Below are positions 12,298 to 24,999 of a stretch of 64,000 nucleotides of DNA, one piece after another. Source of the stretch: Callorhinchus milii (Eukaryota). The translations under genes were made by a program, and so were the position numbers. Location: NCBI RefSeq assembly GCF_018977255.1, contig NW_024704768.1, forward strand, positions 2,790,001 to 2,854,000, read 5' to 3'. Numbering within the stretch: the first letter of the stretch is position 1; every line of letters begins with the position of its first letter. The notes beneath the pieces are model-generated. The model was not told the DNA's origin. It did no database searches and worked only from the letters and a program-made list of their open reading frames with translations.

Positions 12298-15200
12298 TTA
12301 ATAAGTGGTTGTTTTGACGTCGGTGGTTTTAATGAGCAAACTCCCCTGTGTGCCTCGGGAGCTTTCCAAGCCACCAATACTACCACTGCTACCGTATTGA
12401 ACGCTGTATCCACCGCTGCTCAAACCACTGCCGCCGCCGCCGCCGCCGCCACCGGACATGAAAGCTAAACTTCCTCCTCCTAGTCCTCCTAAACTGGAGC
12501 CGCCAGCCATTGAACTAAATTGCGACTGTTGTTGGCCTGAAAAGAGAATTAATTCGATGAAATGAATGACGACGATTATGATAATAATAATAATAACAAT
12601 CCCGGCATTTGACACAGCCGCTATGTATCGCGTCTTCGAGACGTCTCAAAGAGCTTCGCAGAACATAGGACATGCCGTAAACCAGACTGACTGCGTCGCT
12701 TGTCGCTAGTCTGTCTGAGAACAATTTAAGAATTTAATAGGAATTGATGGTTTTCTTACCCATTCCTTGGGATGTGTGGATGTTGAGGGTCTGGATGCCG
12801 GTGATAAGCCTGGACATAAAGTAGACATTTATATTAAGACAAGTCCCGAAATGAAGACCAGCGATTGTGCTGTGTTTACCCCCAGAGTCTGGGGATTAAT
12901 GCTGTCGTCCTCCTGTTATAATACAGTCCTTGCGTTCTTAAAATCAACAGTAACGGCACAACACTGCCAGGTCATTAGTCATCACGGATATCATTCCTGT
13001 GTGGTGGCCGCTATGCGCAGGAAGTAACTCCGATGCCAGTTCCTGTGCTGGTGTGCTATGCGCAGCAAGTGTTAAGAATGCCACTTCCTCTTCACTGCTC
13101 ATGTGCCAAATACTGACCAGACAGTGGCACAAGTGCCACAGATCTCTGGGTTCACGATATAGTGCTCCAAGACCCTAACCCGCCGCGAGGGCGCCATATA
13201 AATGCACGTTGTTGTTGTTGCTATAGAGTGACCCACGCCGTATGTTCCAACGACTGTCGTCAGTCTGACTGTTGGTAATTTAGCCACAGGCTTGAGTCGT
13301 GTCTTACCTGTTTTCCTCTCCCTCCAGGAGTTTCCTGTAGGTGGCAATTTCGATGTCCAGAGCCAACTTGACGTTCATCAGTTCCTGGTATTCACGCAAT
13401 TGGCGAGCCATGTCCTGCTTGGCCTTGACAATAGCGGCCTCCAGCTCTGTGATCCGCACCTTGACGTCACGGAGACTTATCTCACCGCGCTCCTCGGCTT
13501 CTGTAATCTCAGCCTCCAGCTTGGCACGCTGGGTGGAATCAAAGAGCAACTTTCAGCCGTCTGACAACAAGGGTCTGAAACCAACAGGGATTTACCCCAT
13601 AATGACAACCGATCCCGCAATAGACTTGTGTTCAGGCTTCACCTACCTGCGCTCTAAGCGCCTCGATATCAGAAGTCAGTCTCTGGATCATCCTGGTCAG
13701 GTCGGTGATCTCAGTCTTTGTTGAGCGAAGATCATCACCGAATTGTCCGGAGCTTGAGGACAGTTCCACCATCTGGAATGTGCAGTAAGTCCGTCAGTTA
13801 CCCTGCGTTTCAGCAGCAGCTGAACAGACCTCAGTATTTGTGGGTTCAGTTTTGTACTTTGTATTCTCCGGTGTCAGTGAGAGAGCCTTCAGCCATTAAT
13901 AGCCCTGTTCTCTGGAACCCCATCCTGGAGTCCCTCGGCCCCCCTTCCCCTCTGTCCCTTTAAAGTCCGCCTGAAGACTTCTCTTCTCAACCATGCTTTT
14001 TGGCCCCTTTCTTGCCCAACTCCCCCCTACCATCCCCGGCTCCATGAAACGCTTTGGGACCCATGTCCTCTCGCTTGGGAGGCGAGTGCTGTGATGGTGA
14101 GCTATGTGCCGGGAGCTCTGCGATGTCACTCCCTGTGATGGAGGGCTGTATATAAATGTACGGTTGTGGGCGTGTGGGTGTACCTTGGCGTTTCTCCACT
14201 CCTCGCACTGCTGTTTGGATCGTTGTGCTTGACGGTCATACTCGGCCTTGACCTCGGCGATAATCTGGTCAACATCCAGGTTGCGGTTGTTGTCTATTTC
14301 CACGGTAACAGATGTATCCTGGATCTGAGCCTGCAGCTCACGGATTTCCTGGAGATTGAAACGGGAAGAGACGTGGGATCAGGAATATTCGAAACACCCG
14401 GTTTAGAAAAAAATCTAACCTTAACTCGGGCCTTTCTGTTCATTTATTAGGTCGGGGAATTAAGGGATATGGGACAAGGGCGGGTGGTTGGAGTTGAGGT
14501 GCAGACCAGCCGTGATCTTATAGAATGGCAGAACAGGCTCAAGGGGCTGAATGTCCGACTCCTGTTTCTACTGTCAGGTGGTAAATCACAGGACACAAGC
14601 AATCATGTCATTAGTACCTCATCAAAGATGTTTCGCAGGAAGTTGATCTCATCGGTGAGACCTTCCAGTTTAGCTTCCAGCTCCACCTTGTTCATGTAAG
14701 ACTCGTCGACATCCTAGCGGAGGACAGAGAGACAGAGGACGTTCTTCAAGAAAAGTTTCAACAAGTTTGTATTTAAAACAGTTAAAACTTGAAAAAAAAA
14801 CCTGATAAAGTTCGGATAAATGGGGCCAACGCTTTACCTTCTTGATCAGGACAAACTCGTTTTCCACCTCGGTACGCTTGTTGATTTCATCTTCATACCT
14901 GTGATGAAACGCAGCATCTTAGTGACTTTACAGGTGGCGCTACAGAGAGCTGTGGTTAATACGATTGATCTGATCTGGATTCCCTGATCCCCGCCTGACC
15001 AGTTGGAACAATTGCTGCGCAGCTCGAGGTGGTGAGAAGTCTTTTGAACCCTGAACTGCAATCGCAAACGTATAACAATCCATGCGTTTGACACGGTGCC
15101 CGATCGCGTCATTGTTTGCGGGGAAAGGAATTGACGGGCAATACAAGGTTTAAAGTTGCCACTCCTACCCCTCCCTGATCCCAACCACCAGATCTGTTAC

Positions 15201-16618
15201 TGTCCAGCGCCTTGGGATAGTCCTCCCCACCCCCGCACACCCCCCCCCCACACGCACACGCACACACACACACACACACACACAGGCACTTACTTGTTCT
15301 TGAAATCCTCAACCAAAGCTTGCATCTGCAGGAGACTGCCCTCTAGGTTCACCTTCTCCTGTCCCAGAGTTTCCAGCTGCCTCTTGAGGTTCTCAATGTA
15401 AGCCTGGAACATGGAGTCGATGTTGGAGGCATAGGTGCCCTGGTTCTGGAGGAATTCCAACTTGGTCTCCAGCATTTTATTGGTCTGTTCCAGCATACGG
15501 ACCTGGGGATTGCAAGGTGGCTTTGTTAACGGGGGCCAGAAAAACAGGGGTCAACAACAACAACTTGCATTTACACAGCGCCCTTCACGCCGGGCGGGGT
15601 CTCGGAGCGCTTAGGAGGTGTCACGGGAAGGAGTGAGATGTGCAGAAAACGAGCTGGGCGGGGGAATGGAGAGATATTGGAATGGGGAAAGGGGAGAGGA
15701 AATTGGGATGAGTTCTCGGCATAGTATATCGAAAATAAGGACAAAATGCAACGTAAGGCAATTCATAAATAAATAGTTACATGACCCCCAAGGGATGGTC
15801 TATTAAGTGCGGCGATGAGAACAGAGTAGAGAGAGAAAGACGAGAATAATAATCCTTGCATTTGATGTATCTCCTTATCATGTCTTTGCTTGCGAGGCGA
15901 GCTCTCTGACCGCTACTCTACGGGAAAATTTTGTCTGCGCTCTCTCCTGAGTCATGTTTCTCCCCTGTTCGAAACTCTATTTGGCGTGTGGGGTGAGGAA
16001 ACGTGCCTAAGGCAAGTAGACAAGATTTGGACATACAGGCAGAGAGTGGGGGGTGTTGTGGGTGGGGTGTCATCAAAAGTGGTTTAAGATGCCATCTGAT
16101 CGATGTGCAGATAAATACCTTATCGATGAAGCTGGCGAAGCGGTTGTTCAGCCCGAGGATCTGGTTCTTCTCCTGCTGCCTTTGGGCTTGGAGAGCGGGG
16201 TCCACTGGGGCGACGGTGGCATTGAGATCCAGGTTGACAGATGACCCAATTCCGATGCCAGTTCCGAAGCTGCCTCCCAAACCTCCATAACCACCTGCGA
16301 AATTACCTCCCGCACTGCTTCCATACATTCCCATCATCCTGCCACCACCGCCACCAGCCATGGAGGAGGAATAGGACATTCGGGATCTCGGCATACTGCC
16401 ACTCATGGACATCGCGCGTCTCCCTCCGCTCACTACTCTTGCTGAGGATCTCCTCATACCACCGCCCAACGCCACGCTGCCGATATTCAGACCACCACCA
16501 TAGTGGAGCAACCACCACCGTAGTTGGAGCTACTACTACCACCGTAGCCACCACCACCACCGTAGCTGGAGCCACTGCTGGTGATCTTGGTGGTCGTGTA
16601 GCTTTTCCTCGTCGACAT
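12298..16618 (-). CDS. Type II keratin (K8-like), copy A; 9 exons; frameshift in exon 1 in this sequence
   Basis: Exons with GT/AG sites: 16618-16119, 15502-15294 (209), 14898-14838 (61), 14713-14618 (96), 14348-14184 (165), 13772-13647 (126), 13528-13308 (221), 12809-12760 (50), 12536-12298. Rod exon sizes are canonical for type II keratins. Motifs [16 protein letters not shown] and [16 protein letters not shown]; Gly/Ser-rich head and tail. Exon 1 is 500 nt (20-nt insertion versus copy C), giving TGA at 16489-16487: pseudogene or 1-bp sequence error. Confidence 0.92.
14452..14572 (+). mobile_element. CR1 3' end fragment in intron 4 (also in B about 22854-22974 and C about 39540-39660)
   Basis: aagggatatggg...gatcttatagaatggcagaacaggctcaaggggctgaatg...ctcctg, a CR1-type 3' UTR. 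Confidence 0.6.
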
Positions 16619-16885
16619 CCTGCAATCTGGGTTTTTTGCTCGAGGAGCGACAGGCGAGAGGAGAGTTAGAAGCAGAAGGTGTCTGTGAGGAGTTGAGCAG
16701 GTGAGGCGCTGCTTTTATCCGCTCTCTCTCCCAGCGCTGGGGCTGGGCCGGGTGTCAGGTAACAAGCGTCTCAATGGAGCAGAGCAGCCAAGGGAGGAGC
16801 CAATGGCCTGACATTGGGATAAGTTCTAACCTGCCCCACACCTGGCCCCGGCCTGTACCCTCAGGGCAGTTTGCAGTCCAAGTCG
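16619..16885 (-). promoter_or_regulatory. 5' UTR and proximal promoter of copy A (shared with B and C)
   Basis: GATAAAA TATA variant (ttttatc 16713-16719), CCAAT near 16800 and GC/GT-box-like runs; block nearly identical upstream of B and C. Confidence 0.55.
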
Positions 16886-17719
16886 ACAGAGTGTATCTAA
16901 GGGATACAAGTCTCCAAACCGGCTCAGCCTCTCAGCACAATTTAAAAAAAAATGTTTTGAACATTGTCTACGCAGCATTTCCAGAGCGCACAGCTTTTCT
17001 TTGGTCAATTCTTTGAGTACGAGGGTTCGTTTCGAAGGCATTTTTGTCTTTTTTCCTGTCTGTAAAGTTTCTTCTAAGAGTTGCAGAGAGAGAAGGAGAG
17101 GGAGAGGGAGAGAGAGAGAGAAAAAAGATGGAAAGTCAAGGCTGAATTCAGCAATTAGCCAAATTCTGGATCTTCTGAGTTGCTATATAACTAGAAAAAG
17201 AATACAATATCTCCCTTAAGAAACATTTATGCAGTAATCGACTTTGAAAAATGTTTTCTCCTCGTAACAAGTATTTAAGTTTCTTATGTCCAACACAGAG
17301 GGGGAAGTTATTCATTTGTAGTTGGCTGTAGCTTTTTTTTTTCCGACAACACTTTCCCCCTCCACATCGAGATGCAACCGTTCACCCACTTCGGGGCTGT
17401 TTGTGGGACGTTGTTGCTTTGCACAGATTTTCGTGGCCGCCTTTGCCCACAAAATACACAGTCACTGTACAGAACCATAGAAGTTGACAGTACAGAAGGA
17501 GGCCATTTGGCCCATCGCACAGGTTCTCAGACCGAGCTGTCGGTTCCATCCCAAGTCGTGTGAAACCTCACCAGACAGCAATAGCGAAGTTAGAAGCAGA
17601 ACTCCATCCACAATCCCTCTGCACCACCCCCTCCGTTGCCTCTTTCAAGACCTGTCTCAAGACCCTCCTCTTCGACCGTGCTTCCTGTCGCACTCCTTAA
17701 CCCACCCCAACCCGCCCTC

Positions 17720-18646
17720 GCCCACCCCAACCACGTCCCTCGCCCCAACCCAGCGGTTGGGGCGAGGGATGTGGTGGGAGGTGTAGCCGGGTGGTGTGGC
17801 CTCTGTGAGGGGGAAGGTGTCGCCGGGGGTGGGCCAGGTTTCCGTTAAGGCCATGATGTCAACGTTCTCATCAAGGATGAGATCGTTGATGACCAGGGCC
17901 TTGTTACAGAGGGAGCAGACGTTTTGTAGTCCAACGTGGAGGGAGCGGTTAACAGAAGGGTGTGTGGGGAGGGAGGGTGTCCAGGTTGTGGGGCAGGGGT
18001 GGGGGGAATGGGGATGAGGGAGGAGAGGTTGGCTCCCCGGGTCTGTGTCCGGGGTGGCTGGCGAGTGTGGTGGGGAATGGGGCGGTCGGGTTGGCTGCTG
18101 CTGGACAGCCAACGCCGAGTGCCACGGTGAGCCCGGCCGGAGGAGGATTCCCCGACTGGAACAGAGGGAGGTTGTGGGAGGGTCAAGTGGGGATAGAAGG
18201 CGAGAGGGACGGAGAGAGAGGAGGACAGAGCGGGAGAGATGCAGAGGGGGGAGGATTTGGGGGGAGAGAGGAGGGATGAGGGAGGGAGGGGGAGAGGGGG
18301 CTCGGTTCAGAGCGGCAGCCATAGTGCGCACGCGGGGACCGGGAGCGAGCGGTCAGGTGGATGGAAACATTATCCCATCGGCCGGGGCAGCCAACCCAAC
18401 AGGACCATGGTGGGCTCTGATGTGAGCCCTGGTGGGGGGGGGGACGCAGATGATTTTTTTTTTTTGTCCGCGCACACTACTGAAAACTAAACTATGACGT
18501 CAGCGGTTCCCCCGTTCTGCCCCCACCCGTTCCCTCCTCAGCCCCAGACCCCCGTGTGGCTGGACTCCCTGCCGCGTCGAGTTTAAATACCTGGGTAGGT
18601 ACGCCCAGGCTCCTCCCCGCGCTGTCCTGCCGCCGCTCCCCGCTAG
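17720..18646 (-). mobile_element. L2 LINE 5' portion (5' region plus start of the APE endonuclease) inserted into an L2 3' remnant
   Basis: LQNVCSLCNKALVINDLILDENVDIMALTETW...EATPPGYTSHHIPRPNR is an APE N-terminus; flanked by a 60-bp direct duplication. Confidence 0.8.
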
Positions 18647-20251
18647 AGACCCTCCTCTTCGACCGTGTTTCCTGTCACACTCCTTAACCCACCCCAACCC
18701 GCCCTCCACCCTCCCCGAACCCGACCGCCAGCTCAGCTCCAAAACACAGATTGTCCAGGGCCTTGGGACGTCCTCCCGATGTGAAAGATGCTGTACAAAG
18801 GGAATGTTGTTGTTGTTGTTGTCACCTTTCCCGACTTTGGCTCAATAGCTTGGTCTGACATCTCTTTTCAGAATCATTTGCCACCCTCCATCATGTAATA
18901 ATATAATACATTAATGATAATATTAAAAGATAATTTAGTCGCTGAATCCACGGCTGTCTGTGGGGACGCTGCTGTGCGCAATTGGCTGCCGCGTTTCGCC
19001 CACAAAGTACAAAGTCAATTCGCTTTACAGTGTAGAGTGTGAAGCGCTTTGAGACGTCTCGAAGACATGATAAGGCGGGGTATCGAACGCAAGGATTGTT
19101 ATTACTTTTAAGAGATCACTGACACGATTGAGAGGGGACCTGGTGCCGCTACATTTCTGAAAGGTGGAAATTGATGTTTGGATTAAGGTGGACGTTGATG
19201 AGCATAGGCACAGTCAAAGAGGTAGGTCATCAAGTTCGATTAAAAGAGAAAGAGGGGATGTGGCGGAGGAGGGATTGAGGCAGGAAGTTCCAGAGGTTAG
19301 GAGCATCGTGGAAATATAAATCGAGCTAAATTAAAATGGCCAGACTGACTGAGTCTTGGAAGATAACATGCATCAACAATAATAAGTTACATTTACACAG
19401 CGACTTCCAGGCTTGGAGGACATTCCAAGGCACTGGAAAGTCAGGGGTTCAGACCGGAGCAGCAGGAGGGTTGGAATCAGGTGCGGTCAAGGGCAGGGAG
19501 AGTGACCAAAGGCCCGATTGAAGAGGACGGTCTTGAGACGGGCCTCGAAGGAGGCGAGGGAGGGAGCAAGCAGAAGGGACTGTGGGATGGAGTTCCAGAG
19601 GGTGGGGCCTGAAGGCCCAACCACCAATTGTGGAGTGGGCCGGGCGGGGGACGTGGAGCAGGCCGGAGGCTGCTGAGCAGAGGGAGCGGACAATTGATGT
19701 GGCGTTGATTTCAACTGAAGAAGATCGAGTCAGAGTGGCTATTAGTGGCGACTCTGGGAGTGCTCAGCAGTTTATTAAGCGCACGTGGTATGTGATTCTG
19801 TTCTGTGATTAAATTGAGGATCAGAGAGAAATTTCAGCAAACTTTGCCCAGGTCACGCGTCACGCGTGTCAGATATGAACAGTTGACTGCACGGATCATG
19901 TACTGTGATGATAATAACAATAATAAACCTTGCATTTGATATAGCGCCTTATCACGTCTTCCAGACGTCTCAAAGCGCTTCACAGGATACACTGTGAAGT
20001 GAATTGACTATACCTTTGTGGGCGAAACCTGGCAGCCAATTGCGCACAGCAGCGTTCCCCCCACAAACAGTCGTGGATTCAAGTCACCAAATTGTTATTT
20101 AGATAATAATAACTTACATTTGATATAGATCCTTTGGGATTGTACTGTAAAGTAGAATGACTGTGTGTGTGTGTGTGTGTTTGTGCAAAAGTGTGTTCTG
20201 CGTCAAGTTTATCAACATAGTCACAAACAATTGTCTTCGAGCGAATGAAAG

Positions 20252-20257
20252 TTTATT
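20252..20257 (-). terminator. Polyadenylation signal of copy B
   Basis: Homologous AATAAA on the minus strand. Confidence 0.62.
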
Positions 20258-20702
20258 GATTGCAAGATGAAATGTGAAGAAAGTTTTCTCTCCGCCCGCA
20301 CCCGTTACAAAGGACACAGAATCAAGAACACCAAACAACAGCGGCAAATGTCCCACCGTCGTTGAAGAGGAAACAGCAAATAGAGAGATTCTAAAGCTTG
20401 CCCATCACACCCAGAACATGTCTTTGCAGTGCCCCGAACTTTCCAACCTTTCCATTTCAGATCGACCCAACACTCAACACCAGCAAGGAGATATCAGATG
20501 ATTCACGTGAATGAATCAATCCCCAATGAGAACTCCTGCACACCCTTTAATCTGACCCACTGCTGAACATGAGACATGGACATTCATTGTTACTCAGAAC
20601 CAGGAGACGAAAGTCTCACTCAGACAGACCCTTCAGTGAGCTTTCCGAGAATCAACACCAGCGTAACAGATCGTCGCACGACAGAGCCCTTAAAGCAACC
20701 GC

Positions 20703-23700
20703 TTAATAAGTGGTTGTTTTGACGTCGGTGGTTTTAATGAGCAAACTCCCCTGTGTGCCTCGGGAGCTTTCCAAGCCACCAATACTACCACTGCTACCGT
20801 ATTGAACGCTGTATCCACCGCTGCTCAAACCACTGCCGCCGCCGCCGCCGCCGCCACCGGACATGAAAGCTAAACTTCCTCCTCCTAGTCCTCCTAAACT
20901 GGAGCCGCCAGCCATTGAACTAAATTGCGACTGTTGTTGGCCTGAAAAGAGAATTAATTCGATGAAATGAATGACGACGATTATGATAATAATAATAATA
21001 ACAATCCCGGCATTTGACACAGCCGCTATGTATCGCGTCTTCGAGACGTCTCAAAGAGCTTCGCAGAACATAGGACATGCCGTAAACCAGACTGACTGCG
21101 TCGCTTGTCGCTAGTCTGTCTGAGAACAATTTAAGAATTTAATAGGAATTGATGGTTTTCTTACCCATTCCTTGGGATGTGTGGATGTTGAGGGTCTGGA
21201 TGCCGGTGATAAGCCTGGACATAAAGTAGACATTTATATTAAGACAAGTCCCGAAATGAAGACCAGCGATTGTGCTGTGTTTACCCCCAGAGTCTGGGGA
21301 TTAATGCTGTCGTCCTCCTGTTATAATACAGTCCTTGCGTTCTTAAAATCAACAGTAACGGCACAACACTGCCAGGTCATTAGTCATCACGGATATCATT
21401 CCTGTGTGGTGGCCGCTATGCGCAGGAAGTAACTCCGATGCCAGTTCCTGTGCTGGTGTGCTATGCGCAGCAAGTGTTAAGAATGCCACTTCCTCTTCAC
21501 TGCTCATGTGCCAAATACTGACCAGACAGTGGCACAAGTGCCACAGATCTCTGGGTTCACGATATAGTGCTCCAAGACCCTAACCCGCCGCGAGGGCGCC
21601 ATATAAATGCACGTTGTTGTTGTTGCTATAGAGTGACCCACGCCGTATGTTCCAACGACTGTCGTCAGTCTGACTGTTGGTAATTTAGCCACAGGCTTGA
21701 GTCGTGTCTTACCTGTTTCCTCTCCCTCCAGGAGTTTCCTGTAGGTGGCAATTTCGATGTCCAGAGCCAACTTGACGTTCATCAGTTCCTGGTATTCACG
21801 CAATTGGCGAGCCATGTCCTGCTTGGCCTTGACAATAGCGGCCTCCAGCTCTGTGATCCGCACCTTGACGTCACGGAGACTTATCTCACCGCGCTCCTCG
21901 GCTTCTGTAATCTCAGCCTCCAGCTTGGCACGCTGGGTGGAATCAAAGAGCAACTTTCAGCCGTCTGACAACAAGGGTCTGAAACCAACAGGGATTTACC
22001 CCATAATGACAACCGATCCCGCAATAGACTTGTGTTCAGGCTTCACCTACCTGCGCTCTAAGCGCCTCGATATCAGAAGTCAGTCTCTGGATCATCCTGG
22101 TCAGGTCGGTGATCTCAGTCTTTGTTGAGCGAAGATCATCACCGAATTGTCCGGAGCTTGAGGACAGTTCCACCATCTGGAATGTGCAGGAAGTCCGTCA
22201 GTTACCCTGCGTTTCAGCAGCAGCTGAACAGACCTCAGTATTTGTGGGTTCAGTTTTGTACTTTGTATTCTCCGGTGTCAGTGAGAGAGCCTTCAGCCAT
22301 TAATAGCCCTGTTCTCTGGAACCCCATCCTGGAGTCCCTCGGCCCCCCTTCCCCTCTGTCCCTTTAAAGTCCGCCTGAAGACTTCTCTTCTCAACCATGC
22401 TTTTTGGCCCCTTTCTTGCCCAACTCCCCCTACCATCCCCGGCTCCATGAAACGCTTTGGGACCCATGTCCTCTCGCTTGGGAGGCGAGTGCTGTGATGG
22501 TGAGCTATGTGCCGGGAGCTCTGCGATGTCACTCCCTGTGATGGAGGGCTGTATATAAATGTACGGTTGTGGGCGTGTGGGTGTACCTTGGCGTTTCTCC
22601 ACTCCTCGCACTGCTGTTTGGATCGTTGTGCTTGACGGTCATACTCGGCCTTGACCTCGGCGATAATCTGGTCAACATCCAGGTTGCGGTTGTTGTCTAT
22701 TTCCACGGTAACAGATGTATCCTGGATCTGAGCCTGCAGCTCACGGATTTCCTGGAGATTGAAACGGGAAGAGACGTGGGATCAGGAATATTCGAAACAC
22801 CCGTTTAGAAAAAAATCTAACCTTAACTCGGGCCTTTCTGTTCATTTATTAGGTCGGGGAATTAAGGGATATGGGACAAGGGCGGGTGGTTGGAGTTGAG
22901 GTGCAGACCAGCCGTGATCTTATAGAATGGCAGAACAGGCTCAAGGGGCTGAATGTCCGACTCCTGTTTCTACTGTCAGGTGGTAAATCACAGGACACAA
23001 GCAATCATGTCATTAGTACCTCATCAAAGATGTTTCGCAGGAAGTTGATCTCATCGGTGAGACCTTCCAGTTTAGCTTCCAGCTCCACCTTGTTCATGTA
23101 AGACTCGTCGACATCCTAGCGGAGGACAGAGAGACAGAGGACGTTCTTCAAGAAAAGTTTCAACAAGTTTGTATTTAAAACAGTTAAAACTTGAAAAAAA
23201 AACCTGATAAAGTTCGGATAAATGGGGCCAACGCTTTACCTTCTTGATCAGGACAAACTCGTTTTCCACCTCGGTACGCTTGTTGATTTCATCTTCATAC
23301 CTGTGATGAAACGCAGCATCTTAGTGACTTTACAGGTGGCGCTACAGAGAGCTGTGGTTAATACGATTGATCTGATCTGGATTCCCTGATCCCCGCCTGA
23401 CCAGTTGGAACAATTGCTGCGCAGCTCGAGGTGGTGAGAAGTCTTTTGAACCCTGAACTGCAATCGCAAACGTATAACAATCCATGCGTTTGCACGGTGC
23501 CCGATCGCGTCATTGTTTGCGGGGAAAGGAATTGACGGGCAATACAAGGTTTAAAGTTGCCACTCCTACCCCTCCCTGATCCCAACCACCAGATCTGTTA
23601 CTGTCCAGCGCCTTGGGATAGTCCTCCCCACCCCCGCACACCCCCCGCCCACACGCACACGCACACACACACACACACACACACAGGCACTTACTTGTTC

Positions 23701-24999
23701 TTGAAATCCTCAACCAAAGCTTGCATCTGCAGGAGACTGCCCTCTAGGTTCACCTTCTCCTGTCCCAGAGTTTCCAGCTGCCTCTTGAGGTTCTCAATGT
23801 AAGCCTGGAACATGGAGTCGATGTTGGAGGCATAGGTGCCCTGGTTCTGGAGGAATTCCAACTTGGTCTCCAGCATTTTATTGGTCTGTTCCAGCATACG
23901 GACCTGGGGATTGCAAGGTGGCTTTGTTAACGGGGGCCAGAAAAACAGGGGTCAACAACAACAACTTGCATTTACACAGCGCCCTTCACGCCGGGCGGGG
24001 TCTCGGAGCGCTTAGGAGGTGTCACGGGAAGGAGTGAGATGTGCAGAAAACGAGCTGGGCGGGGGGAATGGAGAGATATTGGAATGGGGAAAGGGGAGAG
24101 GAAATTGGGATGAGTTCTCGGCATAGTATATCGAAAATAAGGACAAAATGCAACGTAAGGCAATTCATAAATAAATAGTTACATGACCCCCAAGGGATGG
24201 TCTATTAAGTGCGGCGATGAGAACAGAGTAGAGAGAGAAAGACGAGAATAATAATCCTTGCATTTGATGTATCTCCTTATCATGTCTTTGCTTGCGAGGC
24301 GAGCTCTCTGACCGCTACTCTACGGGAAAATTTTGTCTGCGCTCTCTCCTGAGTCATGTTTCTCCCCTGTTCGAAACTCTATTTGGCGTGTGGGGTGAGG
24401 AAACGTGCCTAAGGCAAGTAGACAAGATTTGGACATACAGGCAGAGAGTGGGGGGTGTTGTGGGTGGGGTGTCATCAAAAGTGGTTTAAGATGCCATCTG
24501 ATCGATGTGCAGATAAATACCTTATCGATGAAGCTGGCGAAGCGGTTGTTCAGCCCGAGGATCTGGTTCTTCTCCTGCTGCCTTTGGGCTTGGAGAGCGG
24601 GGTCCACTGGGGCGACGGTGGCATTGAGATCCAGGTTGACAGATGACCCAATTCCGATGCCAGTTCCGAAGCTGCCTCCCAAACCTCCATAACCACCTGC
24701 GAAATTACCTCCCGCACTGCTTCCATACATTCCCATCATCCTGCCACCACCGCCACCAGCCATGGAGGAGGAATAGGACATTCGGGATCTCGGCATACTG
24801 CCACTCATGGACATCGCGCGTCTCCCTCCGCTCACTACTCTTGCTGAGGATCTCCTCATACCACCGCCCAACGCCACGCTGCCGATATTCAGACCACCAC
24901 CGTAGTTGGAGCTACTACTACCACCGTAGCTACCACCACCACCGTAGCTGGAGCCACTGCTGGTGATCTTGGTGGTCGTGTAGCTTTCCTCGTCGACAT
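20703..24999 (-). CDS. Type II keratin (K8-like), copy B, tandem duplicate of A; two 1-bp deletions in coding exons
   Basis: Exons: 24999-24521 (479), 23903-23695, 23300-23240, 23115-23020, 22751-22587, 22176-22051, 21932-21713 (220), 21214-21165, 20941-20703. Almost base-identical to A at an offset of about 8.4 kb. Exons 1 and 7 are each 1 nt short of frame: pseudogene or consensus error. Confidence 0.88.
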
